A DNA stretch of 64,000 nt from Phenylobacterium sp. Its GTDB lineage: Bacteria > Pseudomonadota > Alphaproteobacteria > Caulobacterales > Caulobacteraceae. Positions 9,599 through 19,362 of this stretch are shown piece after piece. Under the pieces are notes generated by a model, which did not search any database, had not been told where the DNA came from, and worked only from the letters and a program-made list of their open reading frames with translations. The stretch spans positions 2,943 to 66,942 of the forward strand of contig NZ_JAYRSU010000008.1 of the NCBI RefSeq assembly GCF_041919955.1. Direction: 5' to 3'. How positions within the stretch are numbered: the stretch's first letter is position 1; each line of letters opens with the position of its first letter. Position numbers and translations under genes: made by a program.

Positions 9599-10447
9599 CT
9601 AGTTCAGCAAAGTGATCGGGTCGACCATCTGCCCGTCCACCTCGACCCAGCCCATGTGATTGACGCCTGACGACCAGCCGAGCAGGCGCTGAATTGTCTC
9701 CGGATAGCTGGCCACGACGTCGCGCGACAGCGCCAGGTACATGTTCTCCTCCTGGCGGACATTGGCCGCATCGATCGTGATCGTCAGGCCGGTCCTTAGC
9801 TGGTCGGAGGTCGTGTTGGTCCCGCCGGCGTGATAACAGCTGCCGACGAACAGCAGCGCCGACCCGGACTTCATGATCGTGGGGCGGGCCTCCGACATTT
9901 TCGGGACGCGCTCGTCATCCCAAAGGTGGCTGCCCGGAATAACCAGCGTGCCGCCGTTCTCGGCGGTGAAGTCGGATATCGCCACCATGACCTGGAGGCG
10001 CGCCTCGCGGCCATAGGTCGGATGTCGCCAAAGGAAGGCCGTATCGTCCCGATGCAGCGGCTGGGCTCCCTGGCCGGGCCCGATCTGAATGAGCTGGGTC
10101 ACGCCGATCCGAATGCCGGGATAGAACTCCCGCCTCTGGTCTCCCGCCCCGTAGACCACCGGCCGATTGATCAGCGCTTCGGCTACCGGAAGATATAGGG
10201 GGTGCGTGGCGACGTCGGCCATGCGACGCGAGTGGGCGAAGAGCGCGCTCATCCGCTTGGTCTGAGCGCCCGAAAAGGGATCCCCGCCCGTCGATTTCGC
10301 CGCCAGCTTCGGCAGCAGATCCGCTTTCAGTTCGGAGATCGTTTCCGCGGGGAGAAAGTCCTCGATGATGACTCCTCCATCGCGCTCGAGGATCGCCAGG
10401 ACGTCCTGGGCGGTCGACGCCGCGGTCACCCTCTCGACTTCAGCCAT
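9599..10447 (-). CDS. Phytanoyl-CoA dioxygenase (PhyH) family Fe(II)/2OG dioxygenase
   Basis: QPLHRDD (HxD), AISDFTAENGGTLVIPGSH, CYHAGG (distal His). Confidence 0.92.
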   Translation of the reverse strand: MAEVERVTAASTAQDVLAILERDGGVIIEDFLPAETISELKADLLPKLAAKSTGGDPFSGAQTKRMSALFAHSRRMADVATHPLYLPVAEALINRPVVYGAGDQRREFYPGIRIGVTQLIQIGPGQGAQPLHRDDTAFLWRHPTYGREARLQVMVAISDFTAENGGTLVIPGSHLWDDERVPKMSEARPTIMKSGSALLFVGSCYHAGGTNTTSDQLRTGLTITIDAANVRQEENMYLALSRDVVASYPETIQRLLGWSSGVNHMGWVEVDGQMVDPITLLN

Positions 10448-10521
10448 GACAGTTCACTCCCCTACGGGCGGGCCGGCCAGACACGCCAATCAAACATCGT
10501 TAGTCGCGCTACCGCGACACA

Positions 10522-12051
10522 TCAGACCGTTTCCGAGGATGCGCGCAGGACCTGCGCAGCAGCCTGGCCGTCATATCGGAAGGCGGGACCGTCCAGGTCG
10601 ATCGCCGGAAAGGCTTCCTTGTCGGCCAGATAGTCCTGGCTATGGCGCCATTCGGGATGATCCAGGCTGCGCGGAAGTTGCGGTAGCGCGCGGGTCAGGT
10701 AGCCCGGATTGAAGTTCTCGGGGTCGATCCACGGTCGCCGCGGCAGACGATCGACGTCCGACGGCGGCGAGACCTCCACCCAATTGGCGCCCCGCGCATC
10801 GAGGTGCTCCAGCAGCCGGATCACGAACTGGGCCAACAGGTCCGAACGGAGCGTCCAGCTGGATCGGAAATAGCCGAACACCCAGGCGAGGTTCGGCAGG
10901 CCGCTGAACATCATGCCGCGATAGCCGACGCTGCTCGCGATATCGAAAGGCGCCCCGTCGACCGTAAAGGCGATGTCGCCGAAGACATTCATGTTGAAGC
11001 CGGTGGCCGCGATCACGACGTCCGCCGCCAGGGTCCGGCCTGACTTCAACAGCACTCCGTCGGGAACGAACCGCTCGATCTCGTCGGTGACCATGGCGGC
11101 GCGCCCGGCGCGGATCGCGTGCAGCATGTCGGCGTTCGGCAGGAAGGCCAGGCGCTGGCGCCAGGGCCGGTAGCTGGGCGAGAAGTGCGCCCGCGTGATC
11201 TCCGGCCCTACGATGGCTTCGACCGCCGCCAGCAGCTCGGCGCGGACCTCGTCGGGCGTATCGCGGCAACTGTCCGCGAGCGCAGCCTCCTGGGCGAGGA
11301 TGTCGCGCCGTACGATTTCGTGGATCCAGGCCTCGTCGACTTTCAGCGCCCGCAGCCGATCGGCGAGCTCATTGCTGTTGTCGGCATAGGCGAAATAGGT
11401 CGGCGAGCGCTGCAGCAAGGTGGTTTCCGCGCAGGTCTCGGCGATGTTCGGAACGATGGTCGCCGCTGTCGCGCCCGACCCCACCACCACGACCTTCTTG
11501 CCGGCCAGATCGAGGTCGTCGGGCCACTCCTGGGCGTGCACCAGCCGGCCCGCGAAGTCGGCTTTACCTGGCCAATCGGGCATATGGCCTTCGCGATGGC
11601 GAAAGTATCCCTGGCACATGAACAGGAAGCGGCCGGTGAATACGCGGACGCCGCCATCCGCGGTCTCGGCGATCACCGTCCAGAGGCCCGCCTCGCTGCT
11701 CCATCGCGCGTCCGCTACGCGGTGGCCGAAGCGCATGTGGCGGCGCAGATCGTTCTCGTCCACCGCTTCGCTCAGATAGTTCAGGATCTCCGCCCCTGTG
11801 GCGATCGGAGGGCCCGACCACGGCTTGAACCCGTAGCCGAAGGTGTAGAGGTCGCTGTCCGACCGGATCCCCGGGAAACGGTTGGTGCGCCAGGTTCCCC
11901 CGAACGAGGCCTCCGCATCCAGGATAACGAAGCTCCGTTGCGGCGCATCGCGTCGCAGGTGATAGGCCGCGGCGATCCCGGAGATCCCCGCCCCGACGAT
12001 CAGGACCTCAAAGTGCTCCGGCTTGGCCGCATCGGCGATCTGCGCGCTCAT
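10522..12051 (-). CDS. Flavin monooxygenase / Baeyer-Villiger monooxygenase, EthA/AlmA type
   Basis: GAGISG, FPGIRSDSD, BVMO fingerprint FAGRLVHAQEWP, GSGATA, LQRSPTY. ATG 12051; TTG 12060 is an alternative start. Confidence 0.92.
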   Translation of the reverse strand: MSAQIADAAKPEHFEVLIVGAGISGIAAAYHLRRDAPQRSFVILDAEASFGGTWRTNRFPGIRSDSDLYTFGYGFKPWSGPPIATGAEILNYLSEAVDENDLRRHMRFGHRVADARWSSEAGLWTVIAETADGGVRVFTGRFLFMCQGYFRHREGHMPDWPGKADFAGRLVHAQEWPDDLDLAGKKVVVVGSGATAATIVPNIAETCAETTLLQRSPTYFAYADNSNELADRLRALKVDEAWIHEIVRRDILAQEAALADSCRDTPDEVRAELLAAVEAIVGPEITRAHFSPSYRPWRQRLAFLPNADMLHAIRAGRAAMVTDEIERFVPDGVLLKSGRTLAADVVIAATGFNMNVFGDIAFTVDGAPFDIASSVGYRGMMFSGLPNLAWVFGYFRSSWTLRSDLLAQFVIRLLEHLDARGANWVEVSPPSDVDRLPRRPWIDPENFNPGYLTRALPQLPRSLDHPEWRHSQDYLADKEAFPAIDLDGPAFRYDGQAAAQVLRASSETV

Positions 12052-12142
12052 ATTCGACAATTGTCCGCAATGCTGACGAAGCGGCGGCGCCGGCCTGAAA
12101 AAAGCCCGCAGGCGCCGCTGCGAGAAGGGTTCTCAGGCGCGC

Positions 12143-13036
12143 CTACAGCGCCAGATGCTCTTCCAGAGGCCGCGTATGGGCTCGCCACAGGAAGCCGGGC
12201 TGCTCGCCCTTGTAGGAGATCGAGCGGAACCCGAGGTAGGACTGCAGGCGCTGCGGGTAGGTCCGCGCCTCGTCCGCCGTGATGACATGCGGCCACGCCT
12301 CTTCACCCAGGATGATCCCGGGGCTGAACGCGGTCGACAGCACCCGGCGTCGCCGATCCTTCGTGACGTTGGCGCCGCCGCCGTGCAGCACCTTGCCGCT
12401 GATGCAGAGCACGTCGCCGGGGAACATGGTCGCCGGAATGGTCTGGGACTGTTCTCCCGGCGTCTCGTAAGATTCCCAGTGGTTGCTGCCGGGGATCACG
12501 CGGGTCGCGCCCATTTCCTCGGTGACGTCGGTCAAGGCCAGCAGGAAGTTGACCTGGAGATTCGGACCGCCGGGGCCGCCGACGCCGAGGACCTCCATCA
12601 GGCCGCCGCCATCGCGGTGCAGTTCCTGGGGCCGCTCGCCGGGATAGATCTCGATCCCGTGGCTCGCATACATCGTATGGCTCCCCGCCGGCCCCGGCAT
12701 CATCGCAGCCAGATACTCCCGGATGATCGGTGCGTCGTAAAAGGCCTCCCGCAGGGTGCGGCTGTATTTGACGCAGTGGGCCAGGCGCTTGGTCTTGTGG
12801 CCCATGAAGTCGCCGACGAAGGTCTGTCCGCCATCCGAGAAATTGCCGCCCGCCAACCGATCGAACTCGCGGTCGAGATCGGCGTTGATCGCGGCCACCT
12901 CGGCCGCCGAGAGGGCGGCGGTCAGGATGACGCCTCCCTCCAGTTCGACGACGGCGGCGACCTCTTCGGCCGGCGCCCCGAACGGCAGGCGGCGCATGGT
13001 GGCCGAGGGGCGCGCGGAGACGGCGTTCTGGGACAT
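12143..13036 (-). CDS. PhyH family Fe(II)/2OG dioxygenase (second copy)
   Basis: QELHRDG, ALTDVTEEMGATRVIPGSNHW, VLHGGGAN. Start set at ATG 13036. Confidence 0.92.
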   Translation of the reverse strand: MSQNAVSARPSATMRRLPFGAPAEEVAAVVELEGGVILTAALSAAEVAAINADLDREFDRLAGGNFSDGGQTFVGDFMGHKTKRLAHCVKYSRTLREAFYDAPIIREYLAAMMPGPAGSHTMYASHGIEIYPGERPQELHRDGGGLMEVLGVGGPGGPNLQVNFLLALTDVTEEMGATRVIPGSNHWESYETPGEQSQTIPATMFPGDVLCISGKVLHGGGANVTKDRRRRVLSTAFSPGIILGEEAWPHVITADEARTYPQRLQSYLGFRSISYKGEQPGFLWRAHTRPLEEHLAL

Positions 13037-13097
13037 GTCATTCAAACTCCATTGGAGATCAGATGGGGGCATGGAGATCGCGCACCGCGCCCGGCAC

Positions 13098-13550
13098 TCG
13101 ACAAAAATCGTATGGGGAAGCACTCGGCTTCTGACTCGAAAGCCCACGCCGGTCGGGCCGCCCCTTCACGGCCGCGCCGGGGAATCTCACCGTCATAATA
13201 TTGATCCCAGGGGACAAAATGCCCACCGTCGACGGCCTTTTCATCTCGCGCGTATGGCCGGGACTGCAAGACGCCATGTGAGACCCTCAGCGAGTTTCTC
13301 CCGCTCCTGAAACTGATAGAAAATCAATTTAAATCGAATTTCAAGCGGTTCTTGAGCTTTTCAAAGAATAGCGAGCCGCGCCCACGCTCAGCGCCGGGGC
13401 GCGGCCCCACGCGGCGCCCAGCGCACGCCGCAGCCAATCCGCCTCACGAAGCACGAGCCGACAGCCCGCAGACGCGACCCAAGGCCTGAATTCTTGCCAA
13501 GTTGACGACTTTCCGCCATCTCAGACCGCAGGATAGTTGAATAATATCGA
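13098..13550. promoter_or_regulatory. Three TCGA-N6-type motifs in the divergent PhyH2/TetR3 intergenic region
   Basis: TCGA CAAAAA TCGT (13098), TCAA TTTAAA TCGA (13324), TTGA ATAATA TCGA (13537). Confidence 0.5.
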
Positions 13551-13567
13551 GTGGAGAGACTTGCAGG

Positions 13568-14314
13568 ATGGGGACATCGGACGCCGCCGCGGGGAAGGAG
13601 ACAAAGCCTCGCCGACGCGAAGGTCCGCGCACGCCGTCCCGCGGCCGGGGCCTGCTTCGGTTCAACGCGCTGCTGGACGCGACTGAGAGCCTGCTGCAGT
13701 CGACCAACCCGGACGAGATCGGTCTCTACCAGATCGCCGAGCGAGCCAACGTTCCGCCGCCGTCCGCTTACCACTTCTTTCCGACCAAGGAGGCGGCCTA
13801 CGACGCCCTGGCCCAGCGCTTCATAGTGCAGTTGCTGGACGTCCACAGGACGCCTATCGAAGCGCGCCGCCTGAACAACTGGACCGACCTGTTCCTGATC
13901 GACATCGACCGCGGCCGCGCCTTCTACAATCGCCACCCGCCGGCGCTGAAGATCTTCTACGGCGGCTATGGCGGCGTGAACGCCAAGAACATCGACCGGA
14001 TCGCGGCCGACAAGATCTCGACCTCGAACTACGACCGCATGAACCGCGTCTTCCACATGCCGATCCTTAGCGACACCCATCGCCTGTTCGAAGTGCGCCT
14101 GGGAATCCTCGACGCCATATGGACCCTGTCGGTGCGTCGCCACGGCTACATCACCCAGGACTATCAGGATGAAGCTGTGGAGGCGTGCCTGGCCTATAGC
14201 CGCGTCTACCTGCCGGCCCGGATCGAACGACGCGGCTCGTTGATCCAGGCCGCAGAGCGCGGGGAGAGCGTTACACTGCCCTTCGAGCCGAGCGCCGACG
14301 AACTGGAAGCCTAA
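13568..14314 (+). CDS. TetR/AcrR regulator, paralog 3
   Basis: [39 protein letters not shown]. Confidence 0.9.
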   Translation: MGTSDAAAGKETKPRRREGPRTPSRGRGLLRFNALLDATESLLQSTNPDEIGLYQIAERANVPPPSAYHFFPTKEAAYDALAQRFIVQLLDVHRTPIEARRLNNWTDLFLIDIDRGRAFYNRHPPALKIFYGGYGGVNAKNIDRIAADKISTSNYDRMNRVFHMPILSDTHRLFEVRLGILDAIWTLSVRRHGYITQDYQDEAVEACLAYSRVYLPARIERRGSLIQAAERGESVTLPFEPSADELEA

Positions 14315-14328
14315 CTGCGCCGCACCGC

Positions 14329-16398
14329 TCATCGCCCATGGGTGAACATCTGAGCGTGGGCCGGCGGGGGCCGGCGCGCTTCGGCCAGCAGATAGGCGCG
14401 CAGATCTTCGACATCGGTTTCGTTGAAGTAGCGCCGGAACGAAGCCATGCCCTGGGTCGAGAGCGCGCCCTCCAGGACGATCGCGCGGAACCCTTCAGGC
14501 TCCAGAATCGCCGAGGAACGCGCCAGGACCGGGAAGAACTGTTCGGCTCCGTGACACGTCACGCAGAACTGGTCGGCCAGCGCCTTGCCATGCGCGGGGT
14601 CCCCCTTCGACGGCGTGGCGGAACTGACGTCGAGGCGCGGCGCCACGAAGGGTTCAGGCAAGGCGGGCGGGCGGCCGTCTCCGCCAAGCTTGAAGACCAG
14701 AAGGCGTCCTTGCCTGCGCGGCTCTGGGCCGCCGATCGCGGCCGCGCCTCCATAGCCGACCATCAGAGCGACGAACTGCTCGCGGCCGACCGCGTATGAG
14801 ATCGGCGGAGCGATGGCGGCCGCGCCCACGTCGACGCGCCACAGCTTTGCGCCGCTCGCCGCATCAAAGGCGATCAGGTCGTGGCCCGCGGCGTGAAACA
14901 CCAGATCGCCCGCCGTCGCCAGCACCCCGCTGCGCCACGGCTCGGGAAAGTTCACGGTCCAGCGCGCGCGTTGCAGCACCGGATCCCAGGCGACGAGCGC
15001 GCCGCTCACGGGAGGTTCCCTGCCGTCCGCCGGCGGCGTCGCCGCCCCCTGCCCCATGTTCCATGCGCCAGGGACATAGGTGAAGCGGGCCGGGTCGCTG
15101 TAGCTCATGTGGAGGATCTGCGCCGGGATGTAGACGAGACGCCCCTTCGGATTGAAGGCCATCGGCTGCCAGTTGTGGCCGCCCAGCGCGCCTGGGGTCT
15201 GCAGGTTTTCCCTCAGATATCGCGCGTTCGCCGTCTCGACCGGCCGGCCGGTCCGGAGGTCGATGCGTTCGGCCCAATCGGCCGGGACATACTTCTCCGC
15301 CGAGAGCAGTCGCCCCGAGGCGGCGTCGAGAACGTAGAAGAAGCCGTTCTTGGGCGCCTGCATGACCACGCGGCGCTCGCGCCCGTCGATCGGCAGGTCC
15401 GCCACCATGATGTGCTGGGTCGCCGTGAAGTCCCAGCTTTCGCCCGGCGTGGTCTGGTAGTGCCAGACGTACTGTCCGGTGTCCGGCTTCAGCGCCACGA
15501 TCGACGAAAGGAAGAGGTTGTCGCCGCGCCCGCCGGACCGGATCTTGTGGTTCCAGGGCGAACCGTTGCCGACGCCGACGAACAGAAGATCGAGCTTCGG
15601 ATCGTAGGTGATAGCGTCCCACACCGTGCCGCCGCCGCCCGTCTGGCGCCACGCGCCCTCGCTCCAGGTCGAACCGGCTTTCTCGCGCAGGACGGCGTCA
15701 GAGGCCGCGCCATCGGCGCGCCCCTGGGGGTTGGGCGTGGTGTAGAAGCGCCAGACGAGCTTACCGCTCGCCGCGTCATAGGCCGAGACGTAGCCGCGGA
15801 CGCCATACTCCGCGCCGCCGTTGCCGATGATGATCAGGCCCTTCACCGCCCGCGGCGCGCCGGTGATCGTGTAGGGCTGGCCGGTCGGCGTCGTCTGGAC
15901 GCTCCAGGCCGGCGCGCCGGTCCGGGCGTCGAGCGCGATCAGCCGCCCGTCGAGGGTTCCGACATAGACACGCCCCTTCCACAGCGCCACGCCTCGGTTT
16001 ACCGCGTCGCAACAGGCGTCGAAGCCCTTGGCGCCCAGGACTTTCGGATCGAAGGCCCAGAGCCGCTTGCCGGTCTTGGCGTCGAACGCCAGCACCTTGG
16101 ACCAGGCCGTGGTCGTATAGAGGACCCCGTCCGCGACGAGCGGCGTGGCCTCCTGCCCCCGGTCCGTATCGAGATCGGCCCACCAGGCGACGCCCAGACG
16201 GACGACGTTGTCGCGCTTGATCGCATCGAGCGGCGAAAACCGCTGCTCGGCGTAGTCGCGGCCATAACTCAACCATTCGCCGGCCTTAGCCGCTTCGATG
16301 CGCCTGGCGTCAACGCCCTGACTGCAGGCGCAGAGCAACGACAGCGCCATGAGCGCCGCGCCGCCGATCAACCGTCGGACCTTCAGATTTCCCACCAT
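14329..16398 (-). CDS. Type II quinohemoprotein PQQ-dependent alcohol dehydrogenase (Ca2+ type), exported, possibly lipoprotein
   Basis: Signal ...ALSLLCAC; RGQEATPLV; vicinal CC (DACCDAVNRG); WDFTATQ; C-terminal heme c motif CVTCH. ATG 16398. Confidence 0.93.
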   Translation of the reverse strand: MVGNLKVRRLIGGAALMALSLLCACSQGVDARRIEAAKAGEWLSYGRDYAEQRFSPLDAIKRDNVVRLGVAWWADLDTDRGQEATPLVADGVLYTTTAWSKVLAFDAKTGKRLWAFDPKVLGAKGFDACCDAVNRGVALWKGRVYVGTLDGRLIALDARTGAPAWSVQTTPTGQPYTITGAPRAVKGLIIIGNGGAEYGVRGYVSAYDAASGKLVWRFYTTPNPQGRADGAASDAVLREKAGSTWSEGAWRQTGGGGTVWDAITYDPKLDLLFVGVGNGSPWNHKIRSGGRGDNLFLSSIVALKPDTGQYVWHYQTTPGESWDFTATQHIMVADLPIDGRERRVVMQAPKNGFFYVLDAASGRLLSAEKYVPADWAERIDLRTGRPVETANARYLRENLQTPGALGGHNWQPMAFNPKGRLVYIPAQILHMSYSDPARFTYVPGAWNMGQGAATPPADGREPPVSGALVAWDPVLQRARWTVNFPEPWRSGVLATAGDLVFHAAGHDLIAFDAASGAKLWRVDVGAAAIAPPISYAVGREQFVALMVGYGGAAAIGGPEPRRQGRLLVFKLGGDGRPPALPEPFVAPRLDVSSATPSKGDPAHGKALADQFCVTCHGAEQFFPVLARSSAILEPEGFRAIVLEGALSTQGMASFRRYFNETDVEDLRAYLLAEARRPPPAHAQMFTHGR

Positions 16399-16409
16399 CG
16401 CCAGCCCGA

Positions 16410-16730
16410 TCAGTGCTGGCTTTGCGGAAGACGCACGACCAGGCCGTCCAGCGCATCGACGATCCGGATCTGGCATGAGAGCCGCGAGTTCTCTTCGACG
16501 CCCTCGGCGAACTCCAGCATGCTCTCCTCCATGGCCGTGCGGCCGCCGACCTTCGTGAGCCAGGCCGGCTCCACATAGACGTGGCACGTCGCGCAGGCGC
16601 AGGCGCCGCCGCAGTCGGCGTCGATGCCGGGGACGTTGTTCTTCACGGCCGCGTCCATGACCGTCAGGCCGGCGTTGGCCTCGACGACGTGCGCATCGCC
16701 ACTGTGCTCGATGTAGGTGATTTTCGGCAT
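16410..16730 (-). CDS. fdx: 2Fe-2S ferredoxin (putidaredoxin/adrenodoxin type)
   Basis: [13 protein letters not shown]...SRLSCQI. Confidence 0.95.
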   Translation of the reverse strand: MPKITYIEHSGDAHVVEANAGLTVMDAAVKNNVPGIDADCGGACACATCHVYVEPAWLTKVGGRTAMEESMLEFAEGVEENSRLSCQIRIVDALDGLVVRLPQSQH

Positions 16731-16823
16731 GGAGCGTTTCGCCGCCCTCCAGGGGCGCGCCTCTTCAGTATCTGCAGGAGGTTGAATGGTTGCGGAAGGC
16801 GCCTCCCGGCGCCCTCCTGCGGT

Positions 16824-19311
16824 TCAGGGGCGGCCCGAGGCGAGACGGCGCCCCAGCACCATGAACGCGGCGAGGCTGACCGCCGCCGCGCCCGCGAACA
16901 GGGCGTAGAGCGGCATGAAGCCGTGCGCGCCGGTCAGCAGCGAGCCTGCCAGCATCGGCCCGAGCGCGCCGCCGACGGCGAGCGCAGCCGGCATCAGCAC
17001 CGCCACATTGCCGCGGCCGTCCGACGAGGCGATCATCCCCATCTGATAGGCCATGGGGAAGTTCCACAGCCCCCCGGCCAGCACGACGCCGGCCAGATAG
17101 GCGCCGAGGCCCTGGCCCCACTGAAGCGCCGCAACACCGGCGATCGCCAGCAGCATCCCCACCGCCAGAGGCTTCGCACGCCCGAGCTTGTCTCCCAGGA
17201 AGGCGGCCGCGAGGCCCGCCACGCCGCTGACCACCAGGGTGGCGGTCAGGACGCCGTCGGCGGCCTGCGGGCTGACGCCGAACGTCGGGGCGAGTTCGGA
17301 GATGAACGCCCAGAGCGCGGCCAGGCCTGCGAAGGCGACGAACAGCGCCGACAGCCCGAGCCAAGGCGCCCAATCGCGCAGGACCGGCGAGCGGCCGCCG
17401 GCCAGACGCTGCATCGCAAAGCGTCGCTCGGGCGGGGTGAGCGCGCGGCCGGCCGGCATTCCGCGAAGTCCGCAGAGCGTCGCCACGCCAACCATGCCGG
17501 CCAGGGTCAGGACCGCGCCGGAGAACCCCCATCGCGCGGTGACGAACGTCGTCAGGGCCAGCAGGGCGACGATGGCGAGCCCCACCTCGCCTGCGAGCTT
17601 GAAGCCGAACGCCTGGTCAGGCCGATGATGTTCCGAGACCACGGCGATGCAGACGGTGTAGAGCACCCCCAGGCCGGCCCCGGCGATCACCAGGGCCGCC
17701 AGCAGCACCGCGTAGGATCCTACCGCCGCGCAACTCGCCAGGCCCGCCACAGATAGGGCCGAGGCGCCCGCCACCAGGCGGCGCCAGTTGAACCGGTCGA
17801 TCCATAGGTTCGAGGTCGTTGCGACGAGCGCGAAACCCGCCAGGTAGCTGGAGCCGACCAGTCCGATCTGGTTCTCATGAAGACCGAAGCGGGCCGCAGC
17901 GGCGACCAGCAGCGCCGGCATCAGGTTGAAGAGCAGCGCCGCGGCCGCCGATACCGCCGTGGCCGAGGCCAGGACCGTCTTGGACTGCCGATAGAGCGTC
18001 GGCCGCTCGACCGGCGGCGGCGCTTCGGCCGGCGCCGAGCGGGCTGGCAGCGCGCTCGAAGCCGGAATGCGGACCGGGAGGCTGGTGTAGCCTTTGACGA
18101 ATGGCGTGGCCGGGCGAACGGGCTCGCCCATGACCTCGATCACCGGGTAGCGTTTGAGAATCTCTTCCCAGACGATGCGCAACTGCATCTCGGCAAGGCG
18201 GTTGCCCACGCAGCGATGGATGCCGAAGCCGAACGACATGTGCTGGCGCGGTCGCTCGCGGTCGATGATGTAGCGGTCGGGGTTCTCGATCACCGTCTCG
18301 TCACGGTTGCCCGAGACGTACCACATGACCACCTTGTCGCCCTTCTTGATGGTCTTGCCGCCGAGTTCGGTGTCCCGCGTCGCCGTTCGCCGCATGTGCG
18401 CGAGCGGCGTCTGCCAGCGAACCGTCTCGGAGACCATGGACGGGATCAGCTCGGGATGATCGCGCAGCTTCTGGTACTGATCGGGGTTCTGGTTCAGCGC
18501 CAGGACGCTGCCGGTCATGGTGTTCCGGGTCGTGTCGTTGCCGCCGACGATCAGGAGAATGACATTCCCCAGATACTCCATCGGCGACATGTTCCGGGTG
18601 GCCTCGCCGTGCGCCAGCATGGAGATCAGGTTGAAGGCCGGCTCGGCGTTGACCCGTTCGTTCCACAGGCGGACGAAGTAATCGAGGCACTCCATCAGGA
18701 CTGCGGTCTGCTCCTCGACCGTCTCCACCAGCGCCCCGGGCGCCGGCAGGGTCGTGGCGACGTCGGACCAGTAGGTGAGCTTGCGTCGGTCCTCGAACGG
18801 AAAATCGAACAGGGTTCGCCAGCATCTGGGTCGTCAGCTCGATGGAGACCCTGTCGACCCAGTCAAACGTCTCGCCGATGGGCAGCTCGTCCAGGATCTT
18901 CGCTGCGCGTGACCGGATCAGATCTTCCATCCGCGCGAGATTGGCCGGGGCCACGATGGGCGCGACCACCTTGCGCTGGTGATCGTGCTTGGGCGGGTCC
19001 ATGGCGATGAACATCGGCAAGGCGTCCTTCGACAGGTCGTCGAGGATGGCGATGCCGCCGTAGCGGATGTCGGATGAGAACGCCTCGTGGTTGGTGTCGA
19101 CCGCCATGATGTCGTTGAACTTCGTCACCGACCAATAAGGACCGAACTGGCTCTTCGGGCAGAAGTGAACCGGGTCCTCGGCCCGCAGCCGCGCGAAGTA
19201 GGGCCAGTGGCTGTCGGTCCGCCAAAGCTCCGGATTACTGACGTCGATGTCCTCGAGCGCGATTGCAGCCGCATCCAGGCTCTCGCGGGCGACAGCGCCA
19301 TCGTCTGCCAT
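16824..19311 (-). pseudogene. CYP153-family cytochrome P450 fused in frame to a C-terminal MFS transporter; one +1 frameshift at 18815-18816 (real or sequencing error)
   Basis: P450 motifs [48 protein letters not shown]. After LPVRIPA a Pro/Ala linker leads without a stop into about 12 TM segments. Removing one A in GCGAACC restores [16 protein letters not shown] and a single 828-aa ORF. Confidence 0.85.
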
Positions 19312-19362
19312 GGGTCATGCTCCCTGCTGGCCGGTTATATCCGGCTGCATTGCCTAGGTCAT

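Noticed and set aside
15400-15445. Lanthanide-dependent PQQ dehydrogenase
   Set aside because: The motif reads WDFTA and lacks the extra Asp (DxD) of lanthanide enzymes.
18030-18075. P450-MFS fusion explained as a simple lost stop codon
   Set aside because: The MFS half has no start codon or RBS before its first TM segment, so it could not have been a separate gene without further change. Not fully excluded without homologs.
18805-18825. Programmed ribosomal frameshift in the P450
   Set aside because: No recognisable slippery heptamer; it is a single extra base in a conserved helix.
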